Positions 8,859-18,382 of a stretch of DNA of 64,000 bases are shown here, in pieces. The notes below the pieces were generated by a model. The model saw nothing but the letters and a program-made list of their open reading frames with translations, was not told where the DNA came from and did no database searches. The translations under genes and the position numbers were made by a program. Where the stretch lies: positions 3,584,001-3,648,000 of the forward strand of contig OZ253442.1 in assembly GCA_965261085.1 (NCBI GenBank), in the 5' to 3' direction. The first letter of the stretch is position 1. Each line of letters starts with the position of its first letter. This stretch comes from a bacterium. GTDB lineage: Bacteria; UBA8248.

Positions 8859-10379
8859 CTATCCTTCCGCGCTATGCTCACCCAGGTCGGCGGGGTCGGT
8901 CACCTCGATGCTCCCCTTGAGCCCGAACAGGCGCTGCATCTTCTTCCTGAAGGCCGGCGTAAAGAGTTTTTCGGCATAATACCGGCCCGCCACCCTTTTG
9001 TTCACCTGCGCCAGGGTGGGATACACGTGAACCGTATCCACCACCTCCTTGACGTGCATCTTCTTTCGGACGGCCAGCACGAACTCGTGCAATATCTCTC
9101 CCGCCGCAGGTCCGACCAAATCGGCCCCCACGAGCCTGCCCTTCTCGTCGCACACCACCTTGCAAATACCCTCCGTTTCCCCATCCAGGACGGCGCGGTC
9201 CACCCGGCTCATCGGAAAGCGAAGCACTTGCACGCGGTTCGCCCCCAACGCCGCTTCGGCGTCCGCTTCGCTCAAGCCGACGTGCGCCGCCTCGGGCGTC
9301 GTGTAGATCGTCCATGGCACGGCGTCGTAGTTCGTTTTTTTCTTGAGAAACGGGAGCGGAACCCCGAAAGGCGCGCTGAAGAGCATGTTCCTGAGCGCCA
9401 CGCCCGCTTCATACTCCGCCATGTGGGTGAAGAGATATTGGCCCCGAATATCACCGGCAGCGAAGATGCGCGGATTCGCGGTTTGAAGATATTCGTCCGT
9501 CTCCACGCCGCGAGGGGTGTACTTCACACCTGCTTTCTCCAGGTCCATCCCGGCCACGTTGGGCGATCGGCCAGTCGCGATGAGTAGTTGATCACAAACC
9601 CATTCTCTCTTCCCCGATGGCGTATCCGCTTCGAGGAAAATCTCCTCGCCGCGTTTTTCGACTCTTTGCGTGTTCACGTTGAAATGAAGTTTAAGACCCG
9701 ATTTCGTCAAGGAATCGCCCAGAATCTCAGCCATCTCTTTATCGAGCCTTGGCAAGAGTTTCGGCGCGCTTTGCAGCACTTCCACCTCGGCGCCGAGTTG
9801 TTGAAACGCTTGGGATAATTCCAGGCCGATGGGTCCGGCTCCCAGCACCACCAGGCGTCTGGGCAACTCCTCCAAATCAAAAACGGTTTCGTTCGTGAGA
9901 TAGGGCACGCTATCGAGGCCGGCGATGGGCGGCACGAAAGGAGAACTTCCCATGGACAGCAAAAACCGCTTGGCACGCAGCGTCCGCTCTCCCACCTGAA
10001 ACGTGTCGGGGCCGGTAAAAGCACCATCGCCGAATATCACCTCGATGCCCATCCCCTCGAAACGCTCGGGCGCATCGTGCTCGCCGATGTGAGATTGAGC
10101 CGCCTTCATGCGCTTCATGACGCGGGGGAAATCGACCCGAACGTCGCTCACGTCAATCCCGAACTCGGGCATCGAGCGCGCCTGCGCCGCCAGCCTCGCC
10201 GCGCGTATCAGGCCTTTCGAGGGCACGCATCCATAGTTCAGGCAATCCCCGCCGAGCTTCGTCTTCTCGACGAGCGCGGCCTTGGCGCCCAGTTGCGCCG
10301 CGCCAACGGAAGCCACCAAACCACCGACGCCTCCTCCGATGGCCACCAAATCAAACACCGATTCATTTTGCATCTTCAT
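8859..10379 (-). CDS. FAD-dependent pyridine nucleotide-disulfide oxidoreductase (MerA/E3-like family)
   Basis: GGGVGG, GGDCLNYGCVP, GAGPIG, HVYPT; start at MKMQ with a GGAGAGGA RBS. Confidence 0.88.
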   Translation of the reverse strand: MKMQNESVFDLVAIGGGVGGLVASVGAAQLGAKAALVEKTKLGGDCLNYGCVPSKGLIRAARLAAQARSMPEFGIDVSDVRVDFPRVMKRMKAAQSHIGEHDAPERFEGMGIEVIFGDGAFTGPDTFQVGERTLRAKRFLLSMGSSPFVPPIAGLDSVPYLTNETVFDLEELPRRLVVLGAGPIGLELSQAFQQLGAEVEVLQSAPKLLPRLDKEMAEILGDSLTKSGLKLHFNVNTQRVEKRGEEIFLEADTPSGKREWVCDQLLIATGRSPNVAGMDLEKAGVKYTPRGVETDEYLQTANPRIFAAGDIRGQYLFTHMAEYEAGVALRNMLFSAPFGVPLPFLKKKTNYDAVPWTIYTTPEAAHVGLSEADAEAALGANRVQVLRFPMSRVDRAVLDGETEGICKVVCDEKGRLVGADLVGPAAGEILHEFVLAVRKKMHVKEVVDTVHVYPTLAQVNKRVAGRYYAEKLFTPAFRKKMQRLFGLKGSIEVTDPADLGEHSAEG

Positions 10380-10434
10380 ATCCTCTCCAGATGGCGAAAA
10401 CCGCCTATCCTGCAACAAATGCGGATTGACCCGC

Positions 10435-11961
10435 TCAAGACGTTTCCTTATCCAAGGGTTTGAGCCCAAACGCGAAGAACAAAACCGCGATGAGGAAATA
10501 ACCGACAGCTATGCCGGGCGCCGCCCCCCAGCCGAAGGAACTGACGACGCCGCCGGGCGTGATTCGCCAGGCGTGGATGATGCCGAACCAACTCAAGACC
10601 GCACCGGCCATGGCCCAGCCTCCCGCCTGTTTCGGCTCGCGGTCCACCAGCTTCGCTACGATGGCCGTCATGATGATGGACGTAAAAAGAAAACCGCGCG
10701 CCAAGGTAACCATCCCCACCATGTGGAATCCCGATTTAACGAACGCGTCCTGCCCCACTTTCCATATGTTCGTGCCTGCCGCCCGGAGGGAGGATTCCAC
10801 CATCAACAATCCCCACGCGGCGATGGCAGGTATCAACCCGATGGCCACGGCCGGTCCGTGGCGCGCCGGCGACGCCTGAAACGCCTGGGTGAGCATCATC
10901 ACCCCAATCCAGAGCATGAGGGCGAAGAGTGCTTCACCCGGAATGATTTTCGAGAGCGCTGCAATCGAGCCAGTGAAACAAAGAATCGTCATAACGACCC
11001 CGTTCATCGCACTATAGGCCGAGCGTGCCCCAACCGCCTTCCACGCCGGGTGCCCAATATACAAGGTGGTGGGAAAACAACTACCCAAGCACGCCGCAAG
11101 AAGCGAGCCCGCGCCGTTCACCGCCAGGGAACTGCCCGTATCAAAATTGTCTCCGCCCGCGGCCGCGCTTTCGAGGCACATCAAACTGCCCACCAGCGTC
11201 ATCAGACCCATGGGGATGGAAACGGAGAGATAATCCCAGGCCAGCGGACCGAAAAGAGCGTCGGATAAAGGGCCCAGGGCCGAGGTTGGGAGCGCCAAGC
11301 CCACAGGCGCAGGAATCCCGCCCGGAAATCCCTTGATGACGGCGGATAGGACCACTCCCACCGCCACCGCCACGAGGCCGCCCGGCACGCCGAAGGGAAA
11401 CCGGAATCCTCCGAAATAATGGAGCAGTATGATTCCAAGCGGGATCATGGAGAGGAGTGGATTTTCCCAGATTCGGAACGTGAAATCCATGGCAATGAAC
11501 GTGAGCGCGATGCCCCCCAGAGCGGAGAGCAAAGCGGCCCTCGGCGCGAGCCGCCTGATATGCTTGCCCACCAGCGAGCCGACGGTCTCTATCACCCCGC
11601 TCACGAAACAGGCCGCCAGTCCCGCTTGCCAGGCCGCCTCGGCGCTTCCGGTCTTCAGCTTCACGGGCAGCATGACGAAAATAATGAACGCGAATAGCGT
11701 CACCGTGTTGATGCCGTACGGCATGGCGGTCACGTCGTCGCGGCCTTCGCGCGCGGCCAGGCGCCTCGCCTGCCAAGAGTAGAAGAGGTTGCCCCCCAGG
11801 AGGCTTAAGGCCGCGGCGGGCAACACGCGCCCGAAAATGAGCGAATCGGGAAAGCCCATCATCCCTTTGAGGAAACTCACGATGAGAAGCAGATTGATGA
11901 GGTTGTCCATCCACAGGCCGAAGAAGCCATCGACATCACCCTTCACGAACCACGTAGACAT
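10435..11961 (-). CDS. NCS2-like (xanthine/uracil/AzgA-related) permease
   Basis: GDVDGFFGL, TAMPYG, YIGHPAWK motifs; about 12 hydrophobic segments. Confidence 0.8.
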   Translation of the reverse strand: MSTWFVKGDVDGFFGLWMDNLINLLLIVSFLKGMMGFPDSLIFGRVLPAAALSLLGGNLFYSWQARRLAAREGRDDVTAMPYGINTVTLFAFIIFVMLPVKLKTGSAEAAWQAGLAACFVSGVIETVGSLVGKHIRRLAPRAALLSALGGIALTFIAMDFTFRIWENPLLSMIPLGIILLHYFGGFRFPFGVPGGLVAVAVGVVLSAVIKGFPGGIPAPVGLALPTSALGPLSDALFGPLAWDYLSVSIPMGLMTLVGSLMCLESAAAGGDNFDTGSSLAVNGAGSLLAACLGSCFPTTLYIGHPAWKAVGARSAYSAMNGVVMTILCFTGSIAALSKIIPGEALFALMLWIGVMMLTQAFQASPARHGPAVAIGLIPAIAAWGLLMVESSLRAAGTNIWKVGQDAFVKSGFHMVGMVTLARGFLFTSIIMTAIVAKLVDREPKQAGGWAMAGAVLSWFGIIHAWRITPGGVVSSFGWGAAPGIAVGYFLIAVLFFAFGLKPLDKETS

Positions 11962-12138
11962 CGGAGTCCTCCTGCTCAAAGTGAAAAACGTCAAACCAGG
12001 CGCGCCGCAATTCTCGGGATAGTAAAACAAGCGGCAATATTCGCCAAAGCGCCCGAGGCTGTTTTTCTCATCTCCATCGTTTTGATATGCTTTATCCGTA
12101 AACAAAAATTACGTTCGCGCTCATAGGGGAGAAAAGCG

Positions 12139-12891
12139 ATGGAAGCTGTCAAAGTTTATACGCGGCACGGGTGATATACCTGCGCCCTTACGAGAGAGTT
12201 TCTCTCGTCCAGCGGTCTGGAAGTCATTAACCGGGACTGTACGAACGACGCCGAGGCTCAGGCGGAGCTCAAGGCGCTGGGAATCAAGGCCCTGCCCGTC
12301 GCCGTGCGCGGAGAGAACGTGGTGGTGGGCTATGACGTGGATGCGCTTCGCAAAGCCTTCGATATCGAACAGGAAGGCGCAGGCCCCCTCTCGTCTGAAA
12401 AAATGCTCCACTACTTCGAGATGGTCTTCGACGCCCTTCGCCGCGCGGTCCGCCAAATCCCGCAGGAAACGCTCGATTGGGTATCTCCCGGTAGACCCCG
12501 TACGCTTCGCCAACTCACATGGCACAGCTTCGAGCGTCCCGACCTGGTGATGCAGACCCACGCATCGGGGGAATACACCGAGGATATGGTGAGGGAATAT
12601 GAAACGGTGGCGAACAACTACCACACCCAAGAGGATATCTGCGGCTACGGCGATGAAATTCAGGCCAAGCTCACCGATTTTCTCACCGACGGCGGCGAGG
12701 CGCTCGCGCGGAAAGTGTCGAGCTATATGGGACCCATCACCGTGCATGAGTTGATGATCCTCTCCCTGGGGCACGCTTTCCAGCATTTGCGGCAAACCTA
12801 TCACTATTTCGGGATGCTGGAGATTGAGCCGGAAAATCCCTTACGCCCCGAGGATTACGAGGAAGTGCCCGTGCCCAAGGATCTTTTCTAG
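12139..12891 (+). CDS. Selenoprotein: glutaredoxin/NrdH-like domain (UxxC) fused to a DinB-like domain
   Basis: RBS AGGGGAGA, ATG at 12139 in frame with ORF 12304; MEAVKVYTRHG-TGA-YTC...ALPV...VGYD; DinB-type H...HAFQH; hairpin downstream of the TGA. Confidence 0.85.
12172..12215 (+). promoter_or_regulatory. Putative bacterial SECIS element
   Basis: In-frame TGA at 12172; stem ACGAGAGA/TCTCTCGT (12190-12208) with a GTT loop whose G is 24 nt after the UGA. Confidence 0.75.
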
Positions 12892-12920
12892 CCAGACGTC
12901 GAGTTTAAGGAGGCCGCCTG

Positions 12921-14198
12921 ATGCCCTCGAAAGATACATTCCCCCTTCGCGCCAACCGCGCCCGCATGAGGCGTGAATTCAACGCCCAGGCGCGAATCGG
13001 CAAATACGGGAAAACGGGCCTCGACCGCGTAGCCTTTACGCCGGCCTACAACGATGTTCGCGACCTCGTCCAAGGCTGGATGAAGGAGGCGGGCCTTAAG
13101 ACGCGCGTCGACGCCGTGGGGAATCTGTACGGAAGAAAAGAAGGCCGCATGGGCGGGCTTCCCGCCGTGATGGTCGGCTCGCACCTCGATTCCCAAAGCC
13201 CGGGCGGGCGATTCGACGGGCCCGCAGGCGTCCTCACCGCCTTGGAGGCGGTCCGGCGCATTGACGAGGCGGGATTCACGCATGCTCACCCCATTGAGGT
13301 GGTGGCCTTCGTGGGAGAAGAATCCGCATGCGGGATGACGGTGTTCGGCAGCAGCGTCGCCACGGGCGTCGTGGGCGTGAAGGACTTGAAGAACACGGAG
13401 CATCCCCCCACCGGAAAATCGCTGTATGAGGCCATCGAGGCGGTGGGCGGAAGCCCTGCGCGCGTGCGCTCCTGCAAGATTCAGGAAGGGTCGCTCAAGG
13501 CCTTTTTGGAGCTTCACATCGAACAGGGGCCGGTTCTCGAATCAGCCGAGGCGCCCATCGGCATCGTGGACAGGGTCGTGGGATACACGAGAGGCGAGGT
13601 TCACTTCTCGGGCGTCGCGGCGCACTCGGGCGGACAGCCCATGCCTTACCGGAAGGACGCCGGCATGGCGGCGGCGGACTTCATGGTGCGGATGGAGAAC
13701 GCCGTGAAACGCGCGCCCGAATCCCAGCGTCTTACGATTACCTTCGGCGAGATGGAAGCGCTCCCCGGGTGGGTATCCATCGTGCCCGGAGGCGCGAGGC
13801 TTTCCTTCGACCTGAGGAGCAGAAGCCAGGCGGTGATGGAGCGTACCCTCGCGCGAATGGAGAAAACACTCGCCGCCATCGAGAAGGAGCGCGGCGTTCA
13901 GGGGCGCTTGTCCGGCGTGAACAAGCTGGCCGTCTGCCCCACGTCCGCCAACATCCAAAAGGCTCTCCGGCGCGCCTCTAAAGAGACGGGACACGCCTCG
14001 CTCACGCTATCGAGCGGCGGGGTGCACGACGCCTGCCGCATGGCGGCGATATGCCCGATGGGCATGGTGTTCATTCCCTCGGTGGGTGGGCTCTCGCACA
14101 CTCCGGAGGAGTTCACGCACTTTGACGACATGGTGAAGGGTGCGGAAATCCTCGCCTCAGCCACCCTGCGTCTTACCGATGAGAAGGTGAAGGCGTAA
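12921..14198 (+). CDS. Zn-dependent hydrolase, M20 allantoate amidohydrolase/N-carbamoyl-amino acid hydrolase family
   Basis: GSHLDS, GGRFDG, EE, ELHIEQGPVLE, GGVHDA, GLSHTPEE. Confidence 0.92.
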   Translation: MPSKDTFPLRANRARMRREFNAQARIGKYGKTGLDRVAFTPAYNDVRDLVQGWMKEAGLKTRVDAVGNLYGRKEGRMGGLPAVMVGSHLDSQSPGGRFDGPAGVLTALEAVRRIDEAGFTHAHPIEVVAFVGEESACGMTVFGSSVATGVVGVKDLKNTEHPPTGKSLYEAIEAVGGSPARVRSCKIQEGSLKAFLELHIEQGPVLESAEAPIGIVDRVVGYTRGEVHFSGVAAHSGGQPMPYRKDAGMAAADFMVRMENAVKRAPESQRLTITFGEMEALPGWVSIVPGGARLSFDLRSRSQAVMERTLARMEKTLAAIEKERGVQGRLSGVNKLAVCPTSANIQKALRRASKETGHASLTLSSGGVHDACRMAAICPMGMVFIPSVGGLSHTPEEFTHFDDMVKGAEILASATLRLTDEKVKA

Positions 14199-14482
14199 GA
14201 AAAAAACCAACAAGCGAAGCCTCCCCGAAATCATCTCTTCTTTGCGATGCCCAGCGGCCTTGCGCCTTTGATGGCCCTCCCGCCCCGACGGACGTTCCTC
14301 GCACTTCTGCGTTTTTTACCCTAATCCCTCTTTTCCCCTATTTGTGGGGCGAGGCGTTTTGTGGTAAATTCTGGAGCACTAACCAGTCACAAGGGAAGTG
14401 CAGATTTGTTGCCGCAGCTTCGTATGCGGCGTAGTGTCTCGAAACCAGAAACTCTACAGGCGCAATCGAGAGGGAGAAAAAA

Positions 14483-15745
14483 ATGGGCAGGATATTCAGG
14501 CACGTCATTTTCGGGTTCTTGCTGCTCCTCGCGGCGAGCATCGCTTTCACCCCCGCGGCGCAGGCGGCCAAAAAAGAGGTCACAATCGGATTCAGCATGG
14601 CGCTGACCGGGCCACTCGGCCCCGCCGGCAAGGCGGCGCTGCTGGCCATCCAGATCTGGCGCGACGACGTGAACGCCAGGGGCGGATTGCTCGGCCGCAA
14701 GGTCAAGTTGGTCTATTACGATGATCAGACCAAACCCGCCAACGTTCCGGGCATCTACGCCAAGCTTCTCGACGTGGACAAGGTGGACTTCGCCGTCTCG
14801 GGCTACGGGACGAACCTCATCGTCCCCGCACTGCCGATCATGATGGAGCGGGGCATGGTGTTCATGGGCCTGTTCGGCCTCGACGCGAACGCCAAGTTCA
14901 AATACGACAACTACTTCCAGATCATGCCGGCCGGCCCCGACCCGGTGGTGGACTGGTCCCGCGGCTTCTTTGAACTCGCCGTGAAGCAAAAGCCCCGGCC
15001 CAAGACGATAGCGCTGCTCTCGGCCGATTCCGAGTTCGCGCGCAACGCCGTGGCCGGCGCCCGTAGGAACGCGAAGAAATACGGCCTCAAGGTCGTCTAC
15101 GACAAGCGCTACCCCTTCCCGGGCACGACCGACTTCACGCCGATTCTGCGCGCGGTCAAGGCTACCAACCCCGACACGTTCTACGTGGGTTCCTACCCAG
15201 GCGGCTCGGTGGGCATCGTGAAGGCCGCGCATGAGATCGACCTCAAACCCAAGCTCTTCGGCGGCGGCATGGTCGGCCTGCAGTACACCGCCATTCAGAT
15301 GAACCTCGGCAAACTGCTCAACGGCATCACGAACTACTGGTTCTGGGCGCCGGAGAAGACCCTGAAATTCCCGGGCATCGAAGCCTTCCTGGCGAAATAC
15401 CAGAAAGAAGCGCCCAAACAGAAGCTCGACCCGCTGGGCTACTACCTTCCGCCGTTCGCCTACGCCTACGTGCAGGTGCTCGGACAGGCGATTGAGGCCA
15501 CCAAGAGCTTCGACCAGAAGAAGGTCGGCGCCTACATCCGCAACAACACCCATTCCACCGTGGTCGGAAAGGTGAAGTTCGGCAAGAACGGCGAATGGGC
15601 GACCTCCCGGACGTTCCAGGTGCAACTCCAGAACATCACGAGCAACAAGATGAGCGAGTTCAGCAAACCCGGCAAGATGGTGGTGCTGTATCCTGAGGAA
15701 TTCAAGTCCGGAAACCTGATCTACCCTTACGAGAAAGCCAAGTAA
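14483..15745 (+). CDS. Branched-chain amino acid-type ABC transporter substrate-binding protein
   Basis: Signal peptide; LTG..., VNARGGLLGRKV, YYDD motifs; first gene of a Liv-type operon. Confidence 0.9.
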   Translation: MGRIFRHVIFGFLLLLAASIAFTPAAQAAKKEVTIGFSMALTGPLGPAGKAALLAIQIWRDDVNARGGLLGRKVKLVYYDDQTKPANVPGIYAKLLDVDKVDFAVSGYGTNLIVPALPIMMERGMVFMGLFGLDANAKFKYDNYFQIMPAGPDPVVDWSRGFFELAVKQKPRPKTIALLSADSEFARNAVAGARRNAKKYGLKVVYDKRYPFPGTTDFTPILRAVKATNPDTFYVGSYPGGSVGIVKAAHEIDLKPKLFGGGMVGLQYTAIQMNLGKLLNGITNYWFWAPEKTLKFPGIEAFLAKYQKEAPKQKLDPLGYYLPPFAYAYVQVLGQAIEATKSFDQKKVGAYIRNNTHSTVVGKVKFGKNGEWATSRTFQVQLQNITSNKMSEFSKPGKMVVLYPEEFKSGNLIYPYEKAK

Positions 15746-15760
15746 CGAACCGGAGATGAT

Positions 15761-15797
15761 GACGCGGACCGGGGGGACACACCCCCCGGTCCGCGTC
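15761..15797 (+). terminator. Intercistronic stem-loop after the SBP gene (mRNA stabiliser or attenuator)
   Basis: GACGCGGACCGGGGGG / CCCCCCGGTCCGCGTC perfect 16-bp stem, no U tract. Confidence 0.6.
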
Positions 15798-15820
15798 CGG
15801 CTCGCAGGAGGAGAGCATCC

Positions 15821-16693
15821 ATGCTCAGTGTCGAATTTTTTCTGAACGCGCTCATGGCGGGCATCCTGCTGGGCGGTTTCTACGCCGCGATAAGCGTGGG
15901 GCTTTCGCTCTCCTTCGGCCTGCTGGACGTCGTGAACATCGCCCATCCGGCGTTCATCCTCTGCGGCTCCTATGTGACTTTCTACGCCAACGAGCATTTC
16001 GGGGTCGACCCGATAATCGCAGGCGTCGTTTTCGCCGTTCCGTTCTACTTCGTGGGTGTCGCGGTCTACCGGATTTACTATAACAGCTTCGAGAAGACGG
16101 GGGCCGAGTCCCTGCGGGGGCTGGTATTTTTCTTCGGACTGTTTTTCCTGATCGAAGTCATCCTCATCATCACCTTTGGGGTGGACTACCGCCTCGTCCA
16201 GGCGTTCTACATCGGAAAATCCACGTCCATCGGCCCGGTGGGAATCGCCTACCGGCTGTTCGTGCCCTTCCTGGTGGGCGGGATACTCGCCACCGGCCTG
16301 TATCTGTTTCTCTCCAAAACATTTTTCGGACGCGCCGTCATGGGCGTGGCGCAGGACAGCCTCGCCGTTCAACTCATGGGGGTCGACCCCATCCGGATCA
16401 AGACGGTCGCGTTCGGCATCAGCATCGCCACCGCCGTGATCGCCGGTTCCCTGCTCATCATCATCGGCCCGGTCGAACCGACCATCGGGCGAGAGTACAT
16501 CGGCCGTGTCTTCGCGGTCACCGTCCTCGGCGGGCTGGGCAGCATGACGGGCACGCTCGTGGGCGCGCTCGTCCTGGGCGTCGCGGAGAGCTTTACCTCT
16601 TCTTTCTTCGGTCCCTCGTGGTCGCTGGCCGTCTCGTTCGGCATTCTGCTCATATGCCTGGCGGTCCGGCCGTCCGGCCTGTTCGGGAGGTAG
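15821..16693 (+). CDS. LivH-like ABC permease
   Basis: GLSLSFG..NIAH, LGGLGS, RPSGLFG. Confidence 0.9.
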   Translation: MLSVEFFLNALMAGILLGGFYAAISVGLSLSFGLLDVVNIAHPAFILCGSYVTFYANEHFGVDPIIAGVVFAVPFYFVGVAVYRIYYNSFEKTGAESLRGLVFFFGLFFLIEVILIITFGVDYRLVQAFYIGKSTSIGPVGIAYRLFVPFLVGGILATGLYLFLSKTFFGRAVMGVAQDSLAVQLMGVDPIRIKTVAFGISIATAVIAGSLLIIIGPVEPTIGREYIGRVFAVTVLGGLGSMTGTLVGALVLGVAESFTSSFFGPSWSLAVSFGILLICLAVRPSGLFGR

Positions 16694-16697
16694 CTCC

Positions 16698-17657
16698 TTG
16701 AATAGCGAAAGGAGGCTCTTCCTGATCGTGGCCGCGGTGCTGATCGTGGGAGCGTTCCTCATCACCACCCAGATGGAAAACCGATTCTACTACAAGGCGG
16801 CCTATGTCGTTTTGCAGTACGTCGTCCTGGCCACCGCCTGGAACATCCTGGGCGGCTACACCGGCTACGTGAACTTCGGCACGGCGGCGTTCTTCGCCAT
16901 GGGCGCTTATACCGCCGTCGCGCTCATCAAGACCTGGAAGCCGCCCCTCTACGTGCTGCTCGTCGCGGGCGGCCTCGTCTCGGGCCTGTTGGGACTCGGC
17001 ATCGGCTACCTGACCTTGAGGCTCAGGGGCGTTTTCTTCTCCATCGCCACCCTGGCGCTCGCCATCGTGCTCCAGATGCTCGTCTCGAACTGGGACTACG
17101 TGGGCGGGGGCGCGGGCACGCCCGTCCTCAAGCCGAGGAGCGTGCCGCTGTTCTCGAACTACGACGAGTTCCTGTTCTTCGTCATGGCGGCGCTCGCGGT
17201 GGTCGCCGTGTCGACCGCCTGGCTCATCGAGCATTCCTGGGTCGGGCGGGGAATGGCCGCCATCCGCGACAACGAGGAGGCGGCCGAGTGCATGGGCGTG
17301 CCCATCCTCAAGATCAAGCTGTTCGCCACCACGGTGAGCGGCGCCCTGATGGGGATCGCCGGCGCGCCGTTTTCCTATTTCGTCGTCTACATCGAACCCA
17401 CCTCGGCCTTTCACCTCGATTACGCCGTGAACAGCCTGGCCATGCCCATGATCGGCGGCACCACCACCTGGCTCGGCCCGCTGGTCGGCGCGGTTCTCGT
17501 CGGCACGGCCCAGCAGATAGCCACCGTCACCCTCTCTTCGGAGATGAACCTGCTCATCGTGGGCAGCCTGCTCGTGGGCTTCGTGGTGTTCGCTCCCGAC
17601 GGCCTCGTGGGCCTGTTCGGTAAAATCCGCGCGCGCCTCGCAGGGAGGGAGGCATAA
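16698..17657 (+). CDS. LivM-like ABC permease
   Basis: WNILGGYTGYVNFG, AIRDNEEAA, GPLVG. Confidence 0.9.
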   Translation: MNSERRLFLIVAAVLIVGAFLITTQMENRFYYKAAYVVLQYVVLATAWNILGGYTGYVNFGTAAFFAMGAYTAVALIKTWKPPLYVLLVAGGLVSGLLGLGIGYLTLRLRGVFFSIATLALAIVLQMLVSNWDYVGGGAGTPVLKPRSVPLFSNYDEFLFFVMAALAVVAVSTAWLIEHSWVGRGMAAIRDNEEAAECMGVPILKIKLFATTVSGALMGIAGAPFSYFVVYIEPTSAFHLDYAVNSLAMPMIGGTTTWLGPLVGAVLVGTAQQIATVTLSSEMNLLIVGSLLVGFVVFAPDGLVGLFGKIRARLAGREA

Positions 17658-18382
17658 TGAGCGACAATCTCCTCGACGTACACGGCGTCACCAAACGCTT
17701 CGGCGGCTTCAGCGCGCTCACCAAAGTGGATTTGCACGTGAAGGAAAACGAGCGCTTCGGCCTCATCGGCCCCAACGGATCGGGCAAGACCACCCTGATC
17801 AACTGCATCTCGGGCGCTCTCGCCAACGACGAGGGGAACATCGTCTTTTCCGGCCGGGACATCACCACCATGCCCGCCTACAAGCGAACCCGCATGGGCA
17901 TCGCCCGCAGCTTCCAGATTCCCAAGCCGTTCGTCAGCATGACGGTGCTCGAGAATCTGTGCATTCCGCTCGAATACGCCGCCCACAAGCATTCGCACGG
18001 GGCGGACCTTCAAGGCGAGGCCATGGAGATACTCGAAGTCATGAGCCTGGCGGACAAGGCCGACGCGCGGACCGGGGGGCTCACGCAGATCGAACTGCGC
18101 AAGCTCGAACTCGCCCGCGCCATGGCGGCCAAGCCGCGATTGCTCATATCGGACGAGGCCATGGCCGGCCTCTCCAACACCGAGGTGGACGACATTCTCG
18201 AAATCCTCGTGCGCCTGAACGAAGAGGGCCTCACCGTCATCATGATCGAGCACATCATGCGGGCGGTCATGAGTTTTTCGGAGCGCATCGTCGTCTTGGA
18301 CGCGGGTGAGAAAATCGCCGAGGGCGCGCCCGATGAGATCGTCAACAACAAAGACGTGGAAAGGGCCTACCTTGGCGCATAG
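17657..18382 (+). CDS. LivG-like ABC ATP-binding protein
   Basis: GPNGSGKTT, RSFQ, IEH. Confidence 0.9.
   Translation: MSDNLLDVHGVTKRFGGFSALTKVDLHVKENERFGLIGPNGSGKTTLINCISGALANDEGNIVFSGRDITTMPAYKRTRMGIARSFQIPKPFVSMTVLENLCIPLEYAAHKHSHGADLQGEAMEILEVMSLADKADARTGGLTQIELRKLELARAMAAKPRLLISDEAMAGLSNTEVDDILEILVRLNEEGLTVIMIEHIMRAVMSFSERIVVLDAGEKIAEGAPDEIVNNKDVERAYLGA

Noticed and set aside
8859-10379. merA or lpdA assignment
   Set aside because: Lacks the MerA C-terminal Cys pair and mer context; lacks the E3 HxHPTxxE motif
14387-16768. Long antisense ORFs (793 aa here; also 19506-20828, 22162-23418, 27342-28751)
   Set aside because: Shadow frames of high-GC genes on the opposite strand, with no protein motifs
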